A stretch of 53,330 bases of DNA from a virus (lineage: Duplodnaviria; Caudoviricetes), in IMG/VR virus record IMGVR_UViG_3300022685_000036, positions 1-53,330 of that record; one strand, given 5' to 3'. The notes beneath the pieces are model-generated. The model saw nothing but the letters and a program-made list of their open reading frames with translations, did no database searches and was not told the DNA's origin. This document shows, piece by piece, positions 9,322-17,938 of the stretch. The first letter of the stretch is position 1, and each line of letters opens with the position of its first letter. The position numbers and the translations under genes were made by a program.

Positions 9322-10746
9322 TCATTCAATAAGCTCGTCGAGCTTCATCCAGTAAGTAGGCCTGGCGGTGCCGTCGCCACCAATGGCGGCTCGGTTCAAC
9401 TCCTCGTTGATGTTGTCTCTCAAGATCTCGTGTTCGTCGTCTGTTAATTTGCGCCGGAGCCTGATGTTCATTTTCTTGGAAACATCTTTTCCGGATATCG
9501 GATCAACGAACGTCAATCGCATTCGTATTGAATGGCTGTAGCCCTTCTGGTCAAACCAACGCTGTAGCTGCGCTTCAATTGACTTGTAGCTGCTGCTTAA
9601 ACAACCTTTGAAATGGCTGTATATGATCCACTGGCGGCTCGGCCAATGTTCAAGCAACGAGTCAGCCTCTCGCGTCAGGGTGTTCCGTGTCGCGGAGATC
9701 GCCGTCTCCTTCGCTTCATTCATCGGCGGCGCAGCGCCTGGACTGAAGTCATCCAGGTCAACGTTGTCGAGCATCATCCGGAACGTGTCGGAAAACTGTA
9801 TTCGCTTCATCGCCCGCTGAAGCATATCATAGTAAGCCGCAGGCATCTTCTCAACAGGGTTATTAATCACGAACAGCCGCCTGTCATTCTCCGGCATCGG
9901 TAAGCCGTCGATATGATTCGACGCCATCAGCCAATGACAAGAGTTGAACTCGTCATACTCAGCCCCGTATTTAATGTTGATGCCGCGAATCTCCTCCGTG
10001 ATCGCCTCACGCACCTGCGCGGCGAGCAAATACGGTGACGCGCCGTCAACCGCCAACTCATCCACGCAGGCCAGCCGCCGGCCAGACAACCGTCCGTTGA
10101 ACCCGCCGCCAATAACCTTGCCCAGTTTGACGTTGCGCGCAACCTCGCCAGGCCACACGCGGTCAAGCATGTTGAACAGCGTGTTGCGGCCAGTTCCAAA
10201 TGTCGGTGTCGTCATCAGCACGCCCCACTGCACAGGCTGATCGGGGTGGCGGTGAATCCACGCCAGCCAACGCCAGAACAGCTCCGCCTCCGACGGCTCC
10301 GGGATGAGATAACGGATGTGCTCGTCGATGACGAACGCCAGCTCCTCGTCCCAGGTTTTGGGCGGCGGCGGCGCGGTCCACAAGTTGACGGCTGTCCTTC
10401 CGTCCGGTGCCTCGCAGATCTGCGGTCGCCCGATAGCGTGCGTAATGGTCTCCACGGAGCGCCGCATCGGCGACTCCTTCCACAACTCAATGTTGAGAAC
10501 GCGGCGGCGATTGTGCGTTTGCCAGGAAGCCGCGTAGAACGCAGCAGCGTCGTTCCACGTCATCAGGCGCGGTTTGCGGTCCTTGTACAGCCGCACAACA
10601 TGGCGGCCATCCTGGACGTAGACCAGACATTCAAGCATCTCCTCAAACTCCAGCAGTTCCGCCAAGAGCGGGTTGCTGCGGATTCGCTCCTCTTCGCGGT
10701 CTGCTTCTTCAATCAGACCATCGATGTGATCTTCCCAGTCGCTCAT
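9322..10746 (-). CDS. Primase-associated SF3-type helicase (DUF5906/NrS-1-like)
   Basis: VNLW, WLAW..RHP, Walker A variant GTGRNT, FNGRL, VDE, INIKYG, SNH.DGLP...DRR; ATGA overlap with primase. Confidence 0.8.
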   Translation of the reverse strand: MSDWEDHIDGLIEEADREEERIRSNPLLAELLEFEEMLECLVYVQDGRHVVRLYKDRKPRLMTWNDAAAFYAASWQTHNRRRVLNIELWKESPMRRSVETITHAIGRPQICEAPDGRTAVNLWTAPPPPKTWDEELAFVIDEHIRYLIPEPSEAELFWRWLAWIHRHPDQPVQWGVLMTTPTFGTGRNTLFNMLDRVWPGEVARNVKLGKVIGGGFNGRLSGRRLACVDELAVDGASPYLLAAQVREAITEEIRGINIKYGAEYDEFNSCHWLMASNHIDGLPMPENDRRLFVINNPVEKMPAAYYDMLQRAMKRIQFSDTFRMMLDNVDLDDFSPGAAPPMNEAKETAISATRNTLTREADSLLEHWPSRQWIIYSHFKGCLSSSYKSIEAQLQRWFDQKGYSHSIRMRLTFVDPISGKDVSKKMNIRLRRKLTDDEHEILRDNINEELNRAAIGGDGTARPTYWMKLDELIE

Positions 10747-11762
10747 ATCTTCGCCACCTTGTTCTTCGCGTTGATCTTCGCAACCCACTCGCGCCAGCCG
10801 CGAGTGTTGCGTTGGATGGTGTGAATCGCCTCCTCCTCAGCATACTCCACCACGTCCGCCCAGCCCTTCTCCCCGTCCGAGCCCTTGGCGTGGGAGCCGT
10901 GGTGACAGACAAAGCCGCCGCGCCACCCATTCTCTGCAGAAGGGGCGGCAATCGCAGCCCCGTCATCGCGCCTGCCGGTATGCTCTTCGACCCAAGGGCA
11001 CGTCACATCCATCCAACCGTCACTGCGCATCGGCCCTTTCACGTTCAGCGCGTCCACCACGCGCCGAAACTCCTCCAGGCGCCGCCGCCTCTCCGCCGGG
11101 GGCACTTCCTCCGGGCGCTCGCGCCGTTCCACGACCCGACCCGCACCGAACGCCCCCTCCAGCCGTTCTAGGCCGTAGCGGGCTCGCGAGGGGCCTTCTC
11201 CACCGACCACGAGATTCACCGGCCAGTTCTCGCGCCCCGCCTTCCCGTTCCTAAACCCCGGCAGCCGGAACACCCGCGTCAGCGATAGCATGCCGGGGTC
11301 TTTGCCTTTGAACAACCCCTTCACCACCGCGCGCAGCAGCCGCTCACACCGCGCCCGGTCACGCGCAGCGCGGTTGAGGAGGTACAACGCTTGGTAGGAG
11401 TGGCGGGAGGTTTGTATGAGCCAAGTTGGCGGCTCAGGCAGGTCGTCGATCGAGCACTTTTCGCCGACATCGTCTATCATCAGCACCGCCATCCCGCGCC
11501 ACAGCTCGTTGCGGCGACGAGGGCGGCCACGCGCGTCGCGGTCAAAAACAGACACGCACGCGTAGCCGTTCCAACCGGCAGCGGCCGCTTCGGTCAGCTC
11601 TGAGGGGATTGCGGCGCGCACCGCGATCGGTCGCCACGCGAAAGGCTCTACGTTCTGCGGATCGCCAGGAAAGGCGCAAACCAGCAGCTCTTCTTCGGCG
11701 TCAACGGCGAGCCGCATGCCGGCAAGTATTTCATCCACACGCGGCCACCCGCTGCTGCTCAT
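10743..11762 (-). CDS. RepB-like AEP primase with C-terminal Zn-binding motif
   Basis: LMIDDVG, PTWLIQTS..SYQ, TRVFRLPG..NGK; CPWVEEH...FVCHHGSH. Confidence 0.85.
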   Translation of the reverse strand: MSSSGWPRVDEILAGMRLAVDAEEELLVCAFPGDPQNVEPFAWRPIAVRAAIPSELTEAAAAGWNGYACVSVFDRDARGRPRRRNELWRGMAVLMIDDVGEKCSIDDLPEPPTWLIQTSRHSYQALYLLNRAARDRARCERLLRAVVKGLFKGKDPGMLSLTRVFRLPGFRNGKAGRENWPVNLVVGGEGPSRARYGLERLEGAFGAGRVVERRERPEEVPPAERRRRLEEFRRVVDALNVKGPMRSDGWMDVTCPWVEEHTGRRDDGAAIAAPSAENGWRGGFVCHHGSHAKGSDGEKGWADVVEYAEEEAIHTIQRNTRGWREWVAKINAKNKVAKI

Positions 11763-11955
11763 AGTCTTCGACAGCGCGGCGCAGATTGCGGAACCGCGCG
11801 TCAGACCATTTGTGACCCGGTTTCACCAGATAGCCGTTTTCGCGCAGAAACCACTGGTGCCCCCGCACCCAGCGGTACGCCGCCGGCTCCGAGGGAAAGA
11901 TATCCGTCAACGCAGGCCAGGCTTCGTTCCAGGTCTGCCATTTCATTTCACTCAT
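11731..11955 (-). CDS. Hypothetical small protein, possible DNA-binding
   Basis: ATGA-coupled to HNH gene; FPSE.A.RWVR pattern. Confidence 0.55.
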   Translation of the reverse strand: MSEMKWQTWNEAWPALTDIFPSEPAAYRWVRGHQWFLRENGYLVKPGHKWSDARFRNLRRAVEDYEQQRVAACG

Positions 11956-12245
11956 GACCATTCTCCGTCAACAGGAAAACCATCCACCCGCACCGCCACC
12001 CGCTCCTCCGGCGGGCGCCCACCGCCTTTCTCGGCGTGGCGGCGATTGTCGCACGTCGGGCACAACGTGCGCAGATTCGTCAGATCCAGCATCCGCGAGG
12101 GGTCAACCCGCACAGGCACAATGTGATCCACCCGCGCGGCTTTCCACCCGCTCACGTCCGCCCCGCACCACACGCACCGGTACCCGTCGCGGCGCAACGC
12201 CGCGCGCCGCAGCGCGGGCCAGCGCGGTCCGTAATCAGCGCTCAC
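11952..12245 (-). CDS. HNH endonuclease, HK97 gp74-like packaging cofactor
   Basis: W..LR...LRRDGYRCVWCG, VDHIVP, NLRTLCPTCDN, C-terminal VDGFP. Confidence 0.88.
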   Translation of the reverse strand: MSADYGPRWPALRRAALRRDGYRCVWCGADVSGWKAARVDHIVPVRVDPSRMLDLTNLRTLCPTCDNRRHAEKGGGRPPEERVAVRVDGFPVDGEWS

Positions 12246-12474
12246 AGATTCTGTACTCCATGCTGGAGCCTGGAACGAGAGTTTGAAAGAACCGCAGAGC
12301 TGCTTCTGCTGCTTCTGCTGCTTCTGCTGCTTCTGCTGCTTCTGCTGTCTCTTCCGTTCTTATGTCTTCCCACTCGGTCCAGCCATTTTCCCAGCTGTGA
12401 TGCACACCGTTGTAGCACCTTCGCATGGGGTCTGCATTGATGATGGTCGGCTTTCTGCTCTGCAACACGAACAT
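12235..12474 (-). CDS. Hypothetical protein with (AEA)n expansion
   Basis: INADPMRRCYNG; overlaps HNH start; contains 9-bp tandem repeat. Confidence 0.6.
   Translation of the reverse strand: MFVLQSRKPTIINADPMRRCYNGVHHSWENGWTEWEDIRTEETAEAAEAAEAAEAAEAALRFFQTLVPGSSMEYRICER
12299..12347. repeat. Perfect 9-bp tandem repeat (GCTGCTTCT)x5 plus partial copy
   Basis: Read directly from sequence. Confidence 0.95.
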
Positions 12475-12510
12475 TCTTCAATTGCCCGCCTTGCGGCGGG
12501 CACCTCCGCG

Positions 12511-13212
12511 TTAGACGTTGGACACCTGCTCGTAGAACGCCACGCAGTCGTTCCACAAGTCACCGCCCACCGGCAGCCAGCCCGCCGGCTCGAACTCCAC
12601 GCCCTTCCACGAGCCCTTGTCGTTTTTCTCGTTGACGGCGGTCAACGTGTACGCCCGCGCCCAGATCGGCCCGCCGTTGTGCTCGGTCAGAGCCTGATTC
12701 AGGCGCGTGGACTTGCGCAGCTGCGTCGACGCCAGCGCCAGCACAGCGCGGTCCTGCCCGTTGACGATCACGTAGTACTCGTCCGTAGGACGAGCAGCAA
12801 CGCCGTCCTCGTCCACCCAGCGGCCCTGCGCCTTCTGCACCGTGCCCATCTCCGCAGCGGACTTCAGCTCCTCGGCGGAGAGCGACGCCTTGATGCCGCC
12901 GCCGGTCTCGCGCGGGTTCCAGAAGATGTACCGCCGCGCGTACCAGCACACGACGATTGTCAGTGGCGGCGTGAACAGCTCGCCGGTCACCGAGTTCACA
13001 AAGTCGCCCGGCTTGGCGCCCTCCACGTACCGCTCCCCCGAGCCTTCGTCCACCTCGGGGGAGCCTTTCTGAAGCAGCTTCAGGAACGGCGTGGCGAAGG
13101 AATCGGCCTGCATCCCTTCGTACCCGGCGGCGGCGGCGGCATCGTCGAACTGTGGCGCTTCCGCAACGAGGCCGAGGTCATTTGGTTTGGTCAGTTGTTG
13201 CTTAGTTGGCAT
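12511..13212 (-). CDS. Putative ssDNA-binding / replication accessory protein
   Basis: Start at MPTKQQ (13212); PFLKLLQKGSPEV...GAKPGDFVNSVTGE...STQLRKS...NDKGSW pattern of phage SSB-like family. Confidence 0.6.
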   Translation of the reverse strand: MPTKQQLTKPNDLGLVAEAPQFDDAAAAAGYEGMQADSFATPFLKLLQKGSPEVDEGSGERYVEGAKPGDFVNSVTGELFTPPLTIVVCWYARRYIFWNPRETGGGIKASLSAEELKSAAEMGTVQKAQGRWVDEDGVAARPTDEYYVIVNGQDRAVLALASTQLRKSTRLNQALTEHNGGPIWARAYTLTAVNEKNDKGSWKGVEFEPAGWLPVGGDLWNDCVAFYEQVSNV

Positions 13213-13320
13213 TCTCTTCAGTCTCTCTTGGTCGTGGCCACCCCTGCGGCGACCACCCAAAGCGAATCCTGCGCCAAAAGCCGCGGCAGAGCTGACGTTT
13301 GTATCAATCGCCGACGCCGA

Positions 13321-13343
13321 AACGATTGGTACAACCAATCGTT
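13321..13343. promoter_or_regulatory. Inverted repeat at the divergence point of the two transcription arms
   Basis: AACGATTGGT-ACA-ACCAATCGTT, 6 nt upstream of the P1 -35 box. Confidence 0.6.
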
Positions 13344-13349
13344 CAGTTG

Positions 13350-13378
13350 TTGCCTTCTGAACAGAAATCAGCGATAAT
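13350..13378 (+). promoter_or_regulatory. Early promoter cassette P1
   Basis: TTGCCT-N17-GATAAT, then GAGGGG/CCCCTC hairpin and CTGGAG RBS. Confidence 0.85.
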
Positions 13379-13429
13379 AGCCTTGCGTTGAGGGGAAACG
13401 CCCCTCGCCGAATCCGCTGGAGACTGAAG

Positions 13430-13894
13430 ATGAAAAAATTCACCGACACCTACAACCGCATGGTCGGCGAGGCCGCCAGCTTGAACGAGACCAGCGATTG
13501 CGCCATCAAGGCGATCGCCATCACCACCGGCACACCTTACAAAGAGGTGCACGCCCGCGCAGCAGCCCTCGGCCGCAAGAACGGCGAAGGCACGCATTGG
13601 CACATCATCACCCGCATCATCCACGATCTCGGCCACGAGCTCAAGACCACTAAACCAGCCGACTTCATCAACCAGTACCCAGGCGTGCACAAGAATTTGA
13701 AGAGCGTCACCACGCATCATCCTGCGCGATTCAACAAGGTGTGGCGTGACGGCAAAATGTACATCTTCAATTGCCGCGGCGGCCACCACGTGGCGGCGGT
13801 GGTGAACGGCGAGCTGCACGACTGGACTGTCGGCACCGCGTCACGGTGCATCGGCATCTACGAGGTGGTCAAGAAAGGTGAAAATAATTGTTGA
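13430..13894 (+). CDS. Hypothetical protein, papain-like (C39-related) fold suspected
   Basis: RBS CTGGAG; DCAIKAIA...HVAAVVNGELHDW gives Cys-His-Asp spacing. Confidence 0.55.
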   Translation: MKKFTDTYNRMVGEAASLNETSDCAIKAIAITTGTPYKEVHARAAALGRKNGEGTHWHIITRIIHDLGHELKTTKPADFINQYPGVHKNLKSVTTHHPARFNKVWRDGKMYIFNCRGGHHVAAVVNGELHDWTVGTASRCIGIYEVVKKGENNC

Positions 13895-13919
13895 CTCCAA
13901 GAACAAAATCAGCGATAAT
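13891..13919 (+). promoter_or_regulatory. Early promoter cassette P2
   Basis: TTGACT-N17-GATAAT, then perfect hairpin GTTGAGGGGG-CGTT-CCCCCTCAAC. Confidence 0.85.
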
Positions 13920-13974
13920 AGTCCTAAGTTGAGGGGGCGTTCCCCCTCAACGACCAAAACTGGAGATTGACAAA

Positions 13975-14187
13975 ATGAAAGTTCGCATCGAGAAAGCCAC
14001 CAACAACGTCAACGCCACCTTCCACAACAACAGCCGCATCACCGCCGTCAAGGCGCACCGCCAGCCGAAGTGCAAAGGCAACGGCTGGAACATGTTGACT
14101 GAGAGTGGCGAGCACGTCGAGTGGTTCACGACCAAGAAGGCTGCCACCGAGAGGGCAAACGCCATCGGCGCAGACGTCATCAGCTAA
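13975..14187 (+). CDS. Hypothetical early protein
   Basis: RBS AACTGGAG after P2; phage-like codon usage. Confidence 0.7.
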   Translation: MKVRIEKATNNVNATFHNNSRITAVKAHRQPKCKGNGWNMLTESGEHVEWFTTKKAATERANAIGADVIS

Positions 14188-14197
14188 TAAGCCACGA

Positions 14198-14211
14198 CGC
14201 CAAGGACGGCG
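14198..14211 (+). promoter_or_regulatory. CsrA/RsmA-consensus RNA hairpin, copy 1
   Basis: CGCC-AAGGAC-GGCG just upstream of RBS. Confidence 0.6.
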
Positions 14212-14229
14212 CGCAAACTGGAGGCTGAC

Positions 14230-14418
14230 GTGATCAATAACATAAACGACTTTTTGCGCGAGGCGGCATATTCACTTGCGAACAGAGACATTGAGCGCAT
14301 CGACGAGCTTCGAGAGATAGTCCGAGGCTGGGCTCAAACGGAAGAAGAAGCGAAAGCTCAACTAGAGCTGCTCGAAGAAATCGCCCTGGCGATCGAAGTA
14401 ATTCCTGGCGGTGTTTAA
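14230..14418 (+). CDS. Hypothetical acidic protein
   Basis: RBS CTGGAGG; TAATG-coupled to dnaE C-terminal fragment. Confidence 0.65.
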   Translation: MINNINDFLREAAYSLANRDIERIDELREIVRGWAQTEEEAKAQLELLEEIALAIEVIPGGV

Positions 14419-17318
14419 TGACTGATCCACGCCTCGCCCACGCCCTGAAAGCCAGCTCCCGCGCGCGGGAGCTTTTTGCCGAGGCCGAGCGCCGCGGCAT
14501 CACGCTGCCGCCCCCGCGGTACCGCTTCGACAAGACGGTCCCCGACATCGACGTCGACATCAGCCCCTCGGGGCGCGACAGCCTCTTCGCCTACCTCAAG
14601 CACCGGTACGGCCACGTGGCACGCATCGGCAACCTCAGCACGATGCAGCCGCGTTCCGTGCTGGCCCGGTGCGGAAAGGCGCTCGGCATCCCCGAGCAGG
14701 CCACCCGCGCGGTGCGCAGCGTGTTGGTGGAGTACAGCTCGGGCGACTCGCGGTACGGCAGGGCGTTGGAAGACACCCTGCAGCACACCGACCCCGGCCA
14801 AGCGTTCATGCGCAAGCACCCGGAGATGGCGATGGTGTACGCGGCGGAGCAGTCCGCCAGCCACACCTCGGTTCACGCCGGAGGGGTGGTCGTCTCGCCG
14901 ACCCCGCTGACCAACTACGCCACCGTCCGCGACGGCGTGCTCCAGATGGAGAAGTACGGCGCGGAGAACCTGAACCTGCTGAAGATCGACATGCTAGGGC
15001 TGCGCACGCTGGCGGTGCTGGAAGAGCTGGCGCCGCCCGAGTCCTACTACCAGCTGCCGCTCACGGATCAGCGGGCATTTGACGTCATCAACGCTGGTCA
15101 CTTCTCCGGCATTTTCCAGTTCGAGGGCGACGCCCAGCGGCGCGTCTCCGCGCAGCTCCACATCACCGATTTCCGCACCATGGACCACATCACCGCCCTC
15201 TCCCGGCCCGGACCGCTGGGCGGCGGCGCGGCCAACCACTACATCAACCGCTCTCGCGGCTCGGAGCCGGTCACGTACCGCCACCCCAGCATGGCGGCGT
15301 ACCTCGGCGACACGCTAGGCGTGGTGCTGTACCAGGAGCAGGTCATGTCGATCTGCCGCGAGATCGGCGGTTTTAACTGGTCCGACATCACCGAGATCCG
15401 CCGCGCCATGAGCAAGCGCAAAGGCGAGGAGTGGTTTGCGCAGTGGGGCGCCAAGTTCGCCGCGGGCGCCGCGCGGCTCCACGGAATGACGCGCGAGGAC
15501 GCGGACGCCATCTGGGACGAGATCAACTCGTTCGGATCTTATGGAATGAACAAGTGCGTCACCGCTAACACTCGCATCAAGCTCTGTCACCCCAACCAGT
15601 GGCTTGGCAAGAACCCCACGATCGAGGAGCTGTACCTTCACTACGAGCGCCCAGGCCGCAAGGGTCGCCCAGCCAAGCTGCTCAGCTTCGACGGCGAGCG
15701 AGCCAAGCCCGCCGTGGTCAAGCGCATCCACAAAACAGGCGTGAAGCGGTGCATCGAGCTGGTCACAGCCGACGGGCGCAGCATCGAGCTGACGCCGGAC
15801 CATCGGCTGCTGATCAACGGCCAGTGGGCAACCGCCGGCACCGCACAGCTGGGCGACGAGCTGACGGCGGTCAGCCGCAAGCGGTGGATTAAGGACGGTC
15901 CAAACGCTGGGCGCGGCAAAGCGTGGCGCAAAGGTCGCGCTGGCGCTGGGATGTACGACGTTGGCCATGGCCGTTCCATGTTCGAAGCTGCATTCCGCCG
16001 CGAGCGCGCATCCGACCCCTGCGACGACTGTGGCAAGGCGAAGCAGCGCATGGAAGTTCACCACAACGACTTCAACCACGGCGCAGACCGCCCAGACGAT
16101 CTGGCTTGGCTTTGCTCCGGCTGCCACAAGCAACGCCACATGGACGCCGGCAACTGGCTAACCCCATACGCACGCGGTTGGACGCTCGACCACCCAGCCA
16201 TCATCACCGAGATCCGCGAAGCGGGCTACCAGGAGACGTACGACATCGAGATGGCCGAGGAGCCGCACAACTTCGTACTGGCCAACGGCATCGTCTCCCA
16301 CAACAGTCACACCGTCTCCTACGCCATCATCAGCTACTGGTGCGCGTACCAGAAAGCCACCCAACCCCTAGAGTTTGCCGCCGCGCTGCTCCGCCACGCC
16401 AAGCACGAGGAGCAGGCGGTGGAGCTGCTGCGGGAGCTGGACGAGGAGCAGCTGCCGGTGGTGATGTTCGACATCAAGCGTTCCCAACCCGATTGGTCCG
16501 TGCAGGACGGCCAGCTGGTGGGCGGCTGGCGGAACCTCAAAGGGGTCGGACCCAAACTCGCCGAAAAGTACGCGGCAAATCCCCCGGCCGAGCTCCCCGC
16601 CAGACACGTGCTGCGGTTCCCCTCGATTCACGCCACGCACGAGCGGTGGGGCGCGTTGTACGACCTGTCCGCCGCGCAACGCAGCGCCGAGCTGAGGTGG
16701 GTGCAGCGCGGCACGCCGCTCAAAGCCGCCGCCGCCGCCGCCGCCGCCGCGCCGGTGCTGCAGCCCGTGCGCGAGCTGGCCGATTTGGCGGACGACGAGA
16801 TCGCCACCGTTGTCTGCCTGATCCGCCGCCGGGACCGCCGCGACGAGAACGAAGAGGTGCGGCGCAAGCGGCGCGGCGGAGACTTTCTGCCCGGCCAGAC
16901 GAAGTTCCTTGACGTGTTCGTGACCGACGACAGCACCAAGCGCCCGGTGATCGTGCGGTTCAAGAGCCGGGTGTGGGACAAATACGGTCGGCGAATTGCC
17001 GACCATGCAGTTGACGATGAAGACTGGTTGTTGGTGCACGGCCGATGGCTTAAGCAGTTCAATATGCTGCTGGCGGCACGTGCGGTTTGCCTCACCAAAC
17101 CTGGACTCATCGGCAATGTCCCTAACTCTTCCCGAGCAGCGCCTTTGGGCGCGGCTCCAGAAGCAGATCCACGGCATGTACACGCGGGTGGAGAACATCG
17201 CAGAGTCGGGAACCCCGGACGTGTGGACGGCGCGAGCGGGGTGGATCGAACTCAAGGTACCGCGCCGCGCCGCGCGGGCGGCAACCCCAATCCTTGGGCC
17301 AGGAACCCTTCGCGTTGA
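14418..17318 (+). CDS. dnaE: DNA polymerase III alpha, C-terminal fragment (palm catalytic Asp, thumb, fingers, HhH, OB), intein-containing
   Basis: PDIDVD, SVHAGGVVVS, LLKIDMLGL, GIFQFE, ALSRPGP, TLGVVLYQEQVM, RRAMSK, YGMNK|SH..SY, NLKGVG; lacks PHP and GS motif. Confidence 0.92.
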   Translation: MTDPRLAHALKASSRARELFAEAERRGITLPPPRYRFDKTVPDIDVDISPSGRDSLFAYLKHRYGHVARIGNLSTMQPRSVLARCGKALGIPEQATRAVRSVLVEYSSGDSRYGRALEDTLQHTDPGQAFMRKHPEMAMVYAAEQSASHTSVHAGGVVVSPTPLTNYATVRDGVLQMEKYGAENLNLLKIDMLGLRTLAVLEELAPPESYYQLPLTDQRAFDVINAGHFSGIFQFEGDAQRRVSAQLHITDFRTMDHITALSRPGPLGGGAANHYINRSRGSEPVTYRHPSMAAYLGDTLGVVLYQEQVMSICREIGGFNWSDITEIRRAMSKRKGEEWFAQWGAKFAAGAARLHGMTREDADAIWDEINSFGSYGMNKCVTANTRIKLCHPNQWLGKNPTIEELYLHYERPGRKGRPAKLLSFDGERAKPAVVKRIHKTGVKRCIELVTADGRSIELTPDHRLLINGQWATAGTAQLGDELTAVSRKRWIKDGPNAGRGKAWRKGRAGAGMYDVGHGRSMFEAAFRRERASDPCDDCGKAKQRMEVHHNDFNHGADRPDDLAWLCSGCHKQRHMDAGNWLTPYARGWTLDHPAIITEIREAGYQETYDIEMAEEPHNFVLANGIVSHNSHTVSYAIISYWCAYQKATQPLEFAAALLRHAKHEEQAVELLRELDEEQLPVVMFDIKRSQPDWSVQDGQLVGGWRNLKGVGPKLAEKYAANPPAELPARHVLRFPSIHATHERWGALYDLSAAQRSAELRWVQRGTPLKAAAAAAAAAPVLQPVRELADLADDEIATVVCLIRRRDRRDENEEVRRKRRGGDFLPGQTKFLDVFVTDDSTKRPVIVRFKSRVWDKYGRRIADHAVDDEDWLLVHGRWLKQFNMLLAARAVCLTKPGLIGNVPNSSRAAPLGAAPEADPRHVHAGGEHRRVGNPGRVDGASGVDRTQGTAPRRAGGNPNPWARNPSR
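15555..16304 (+). mobile_element. Cis intein (250 aa) with HNH homing endonuclease
   Basis: Starts CVTANT, block B TPDHRL, ends YDIEM..PHNFVLANGIVSHN followed by Ser; internal CDDC...EVHHND...DDLAWLCSGCHKQRH. Confidence 0.93.
16725..16748 (+). repeat. (GCC)8 trinucleotide run encoding poly-Ala linker in DnaE
   Basis: Read directly; translates within LKAAAAAAAAAPVL. Confidence 0.9.
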
Positions 17319-17517
17319 CCAGCGGAAGTGGTTTCGCGCGGCGGCGCACGCCGGTGCCGAGGCTTGGGTGGTGGCGGAGCTGGACGGCAAGTCGCTCTAC
17401 GCCGCCATCCCGGCGGCAGACGTTCCCGCCGCTCACACGCTTCCCGGCACCGAGGCGCGCGCGCGGTGGGGCCACCCGACGCTCAAGTCGCTGTGGGCGG
17501 CAATCGCAAAAAGTTGA
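17116..17517 (+). CDS. VRR-NUC / Holliday-junction-resolvase-like PD-(D/E)xK nuclease
   Basis: EQRLW...RVEN...GTPDV...WIELK...LRVDQRKW. Confidence 0.8.
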   Translation: MSLTLPEQRLWARLQKQIHGMYTRVENIAESGTPDVWTARAGWIELKVPRRAARAATPILGPGTLRVDQRKWFRAAAHAGAEAWVVAELDGKSLYAAIPAADVPAAHTLPGTEARARWGHPTLKSLWAAIAKS

Positions 17518-17526
17518 AGAAAGTTG

Positions 17527-17555
17527 TTGCTTTCTGAACAGAAATCAGCGATAAT
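17527..17555 (+). promoter_or_regulatory. Early promoter cassette P3
   Basis: TTGCTT-N17-GATAAT; spacer identical to P1. Confidence 0.85.
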
Positions 17556-17614
17556 AGTCCTACGTTGAGGGGAACGGCCCCGAAGCCAAAACTGGACTAA
17601 CAGGATACACGAAA

Positions 17615-17851
17615 ATGAAAGGCACCATCCGCAACATGAACACCGTCGCACGGGAGCTCTCCGCCGGTCGCGCCGCCGCCAAAAAGGCTGCTAAGAGCTT
17701 TGCAGTTCGCTCTTTGACCAAAGCCGGTACAGTCTCAAAGGTCGCTGATAGCCCCATGAACTTGACCGACACCTTGGAGCAAGCCGAGGCGCGTAAGGCC
17801 ATGATGGAGAAAATGAACCCCGGCCGCTCTTTCGTGATCGTCAAGATCTGA
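17615..17851 (+). CDS. Hypothetical basic early protein
   Basis: Follows P3; ORF with RBS. Confidence 0.7.
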   Translation: MKGTIRNMNTVARELSAGRAAAKKAAKSFAVRSLTKAGTVSKVADSPMNLTDTLEQAEARKAMMEKMNPGRSFVIVKI

Positions 17852-17861
17852 CTCGTACCCT

Positions 17862-17875
17862 CGCCAAGGACGGCG
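17862..17875 (+). promoter_or_regulatory. CsrA/RsmA-consensus RNA hairpin, copy 2
   Basis: CGCC-AAGGAC-GGCG. Confidence 0.55.
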
Positions 17876-17885
17876 CAAAAACTTG

Positions 17886-17914
17886 TTGACTTCTGCGAAG
17901 CACTAGGCGATAAT
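17886..17914 (+). promoter_or_regulatory. Early promoter P4 (divergent spacer)
   Basis: TTGACT-N17-GATAAT. Confidence 0.8.
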
Positions 17915-17938
17915 CACCGTGTCAACTGGAGACTGACA

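Noticed and set aside
12283-13377. 364-aa plus-strand ORF with CCF repeats
   Set aside because: Shadow of the minus-strand SSB-like gene and the 9-bp repeat; no RBS or recognisable motifs.
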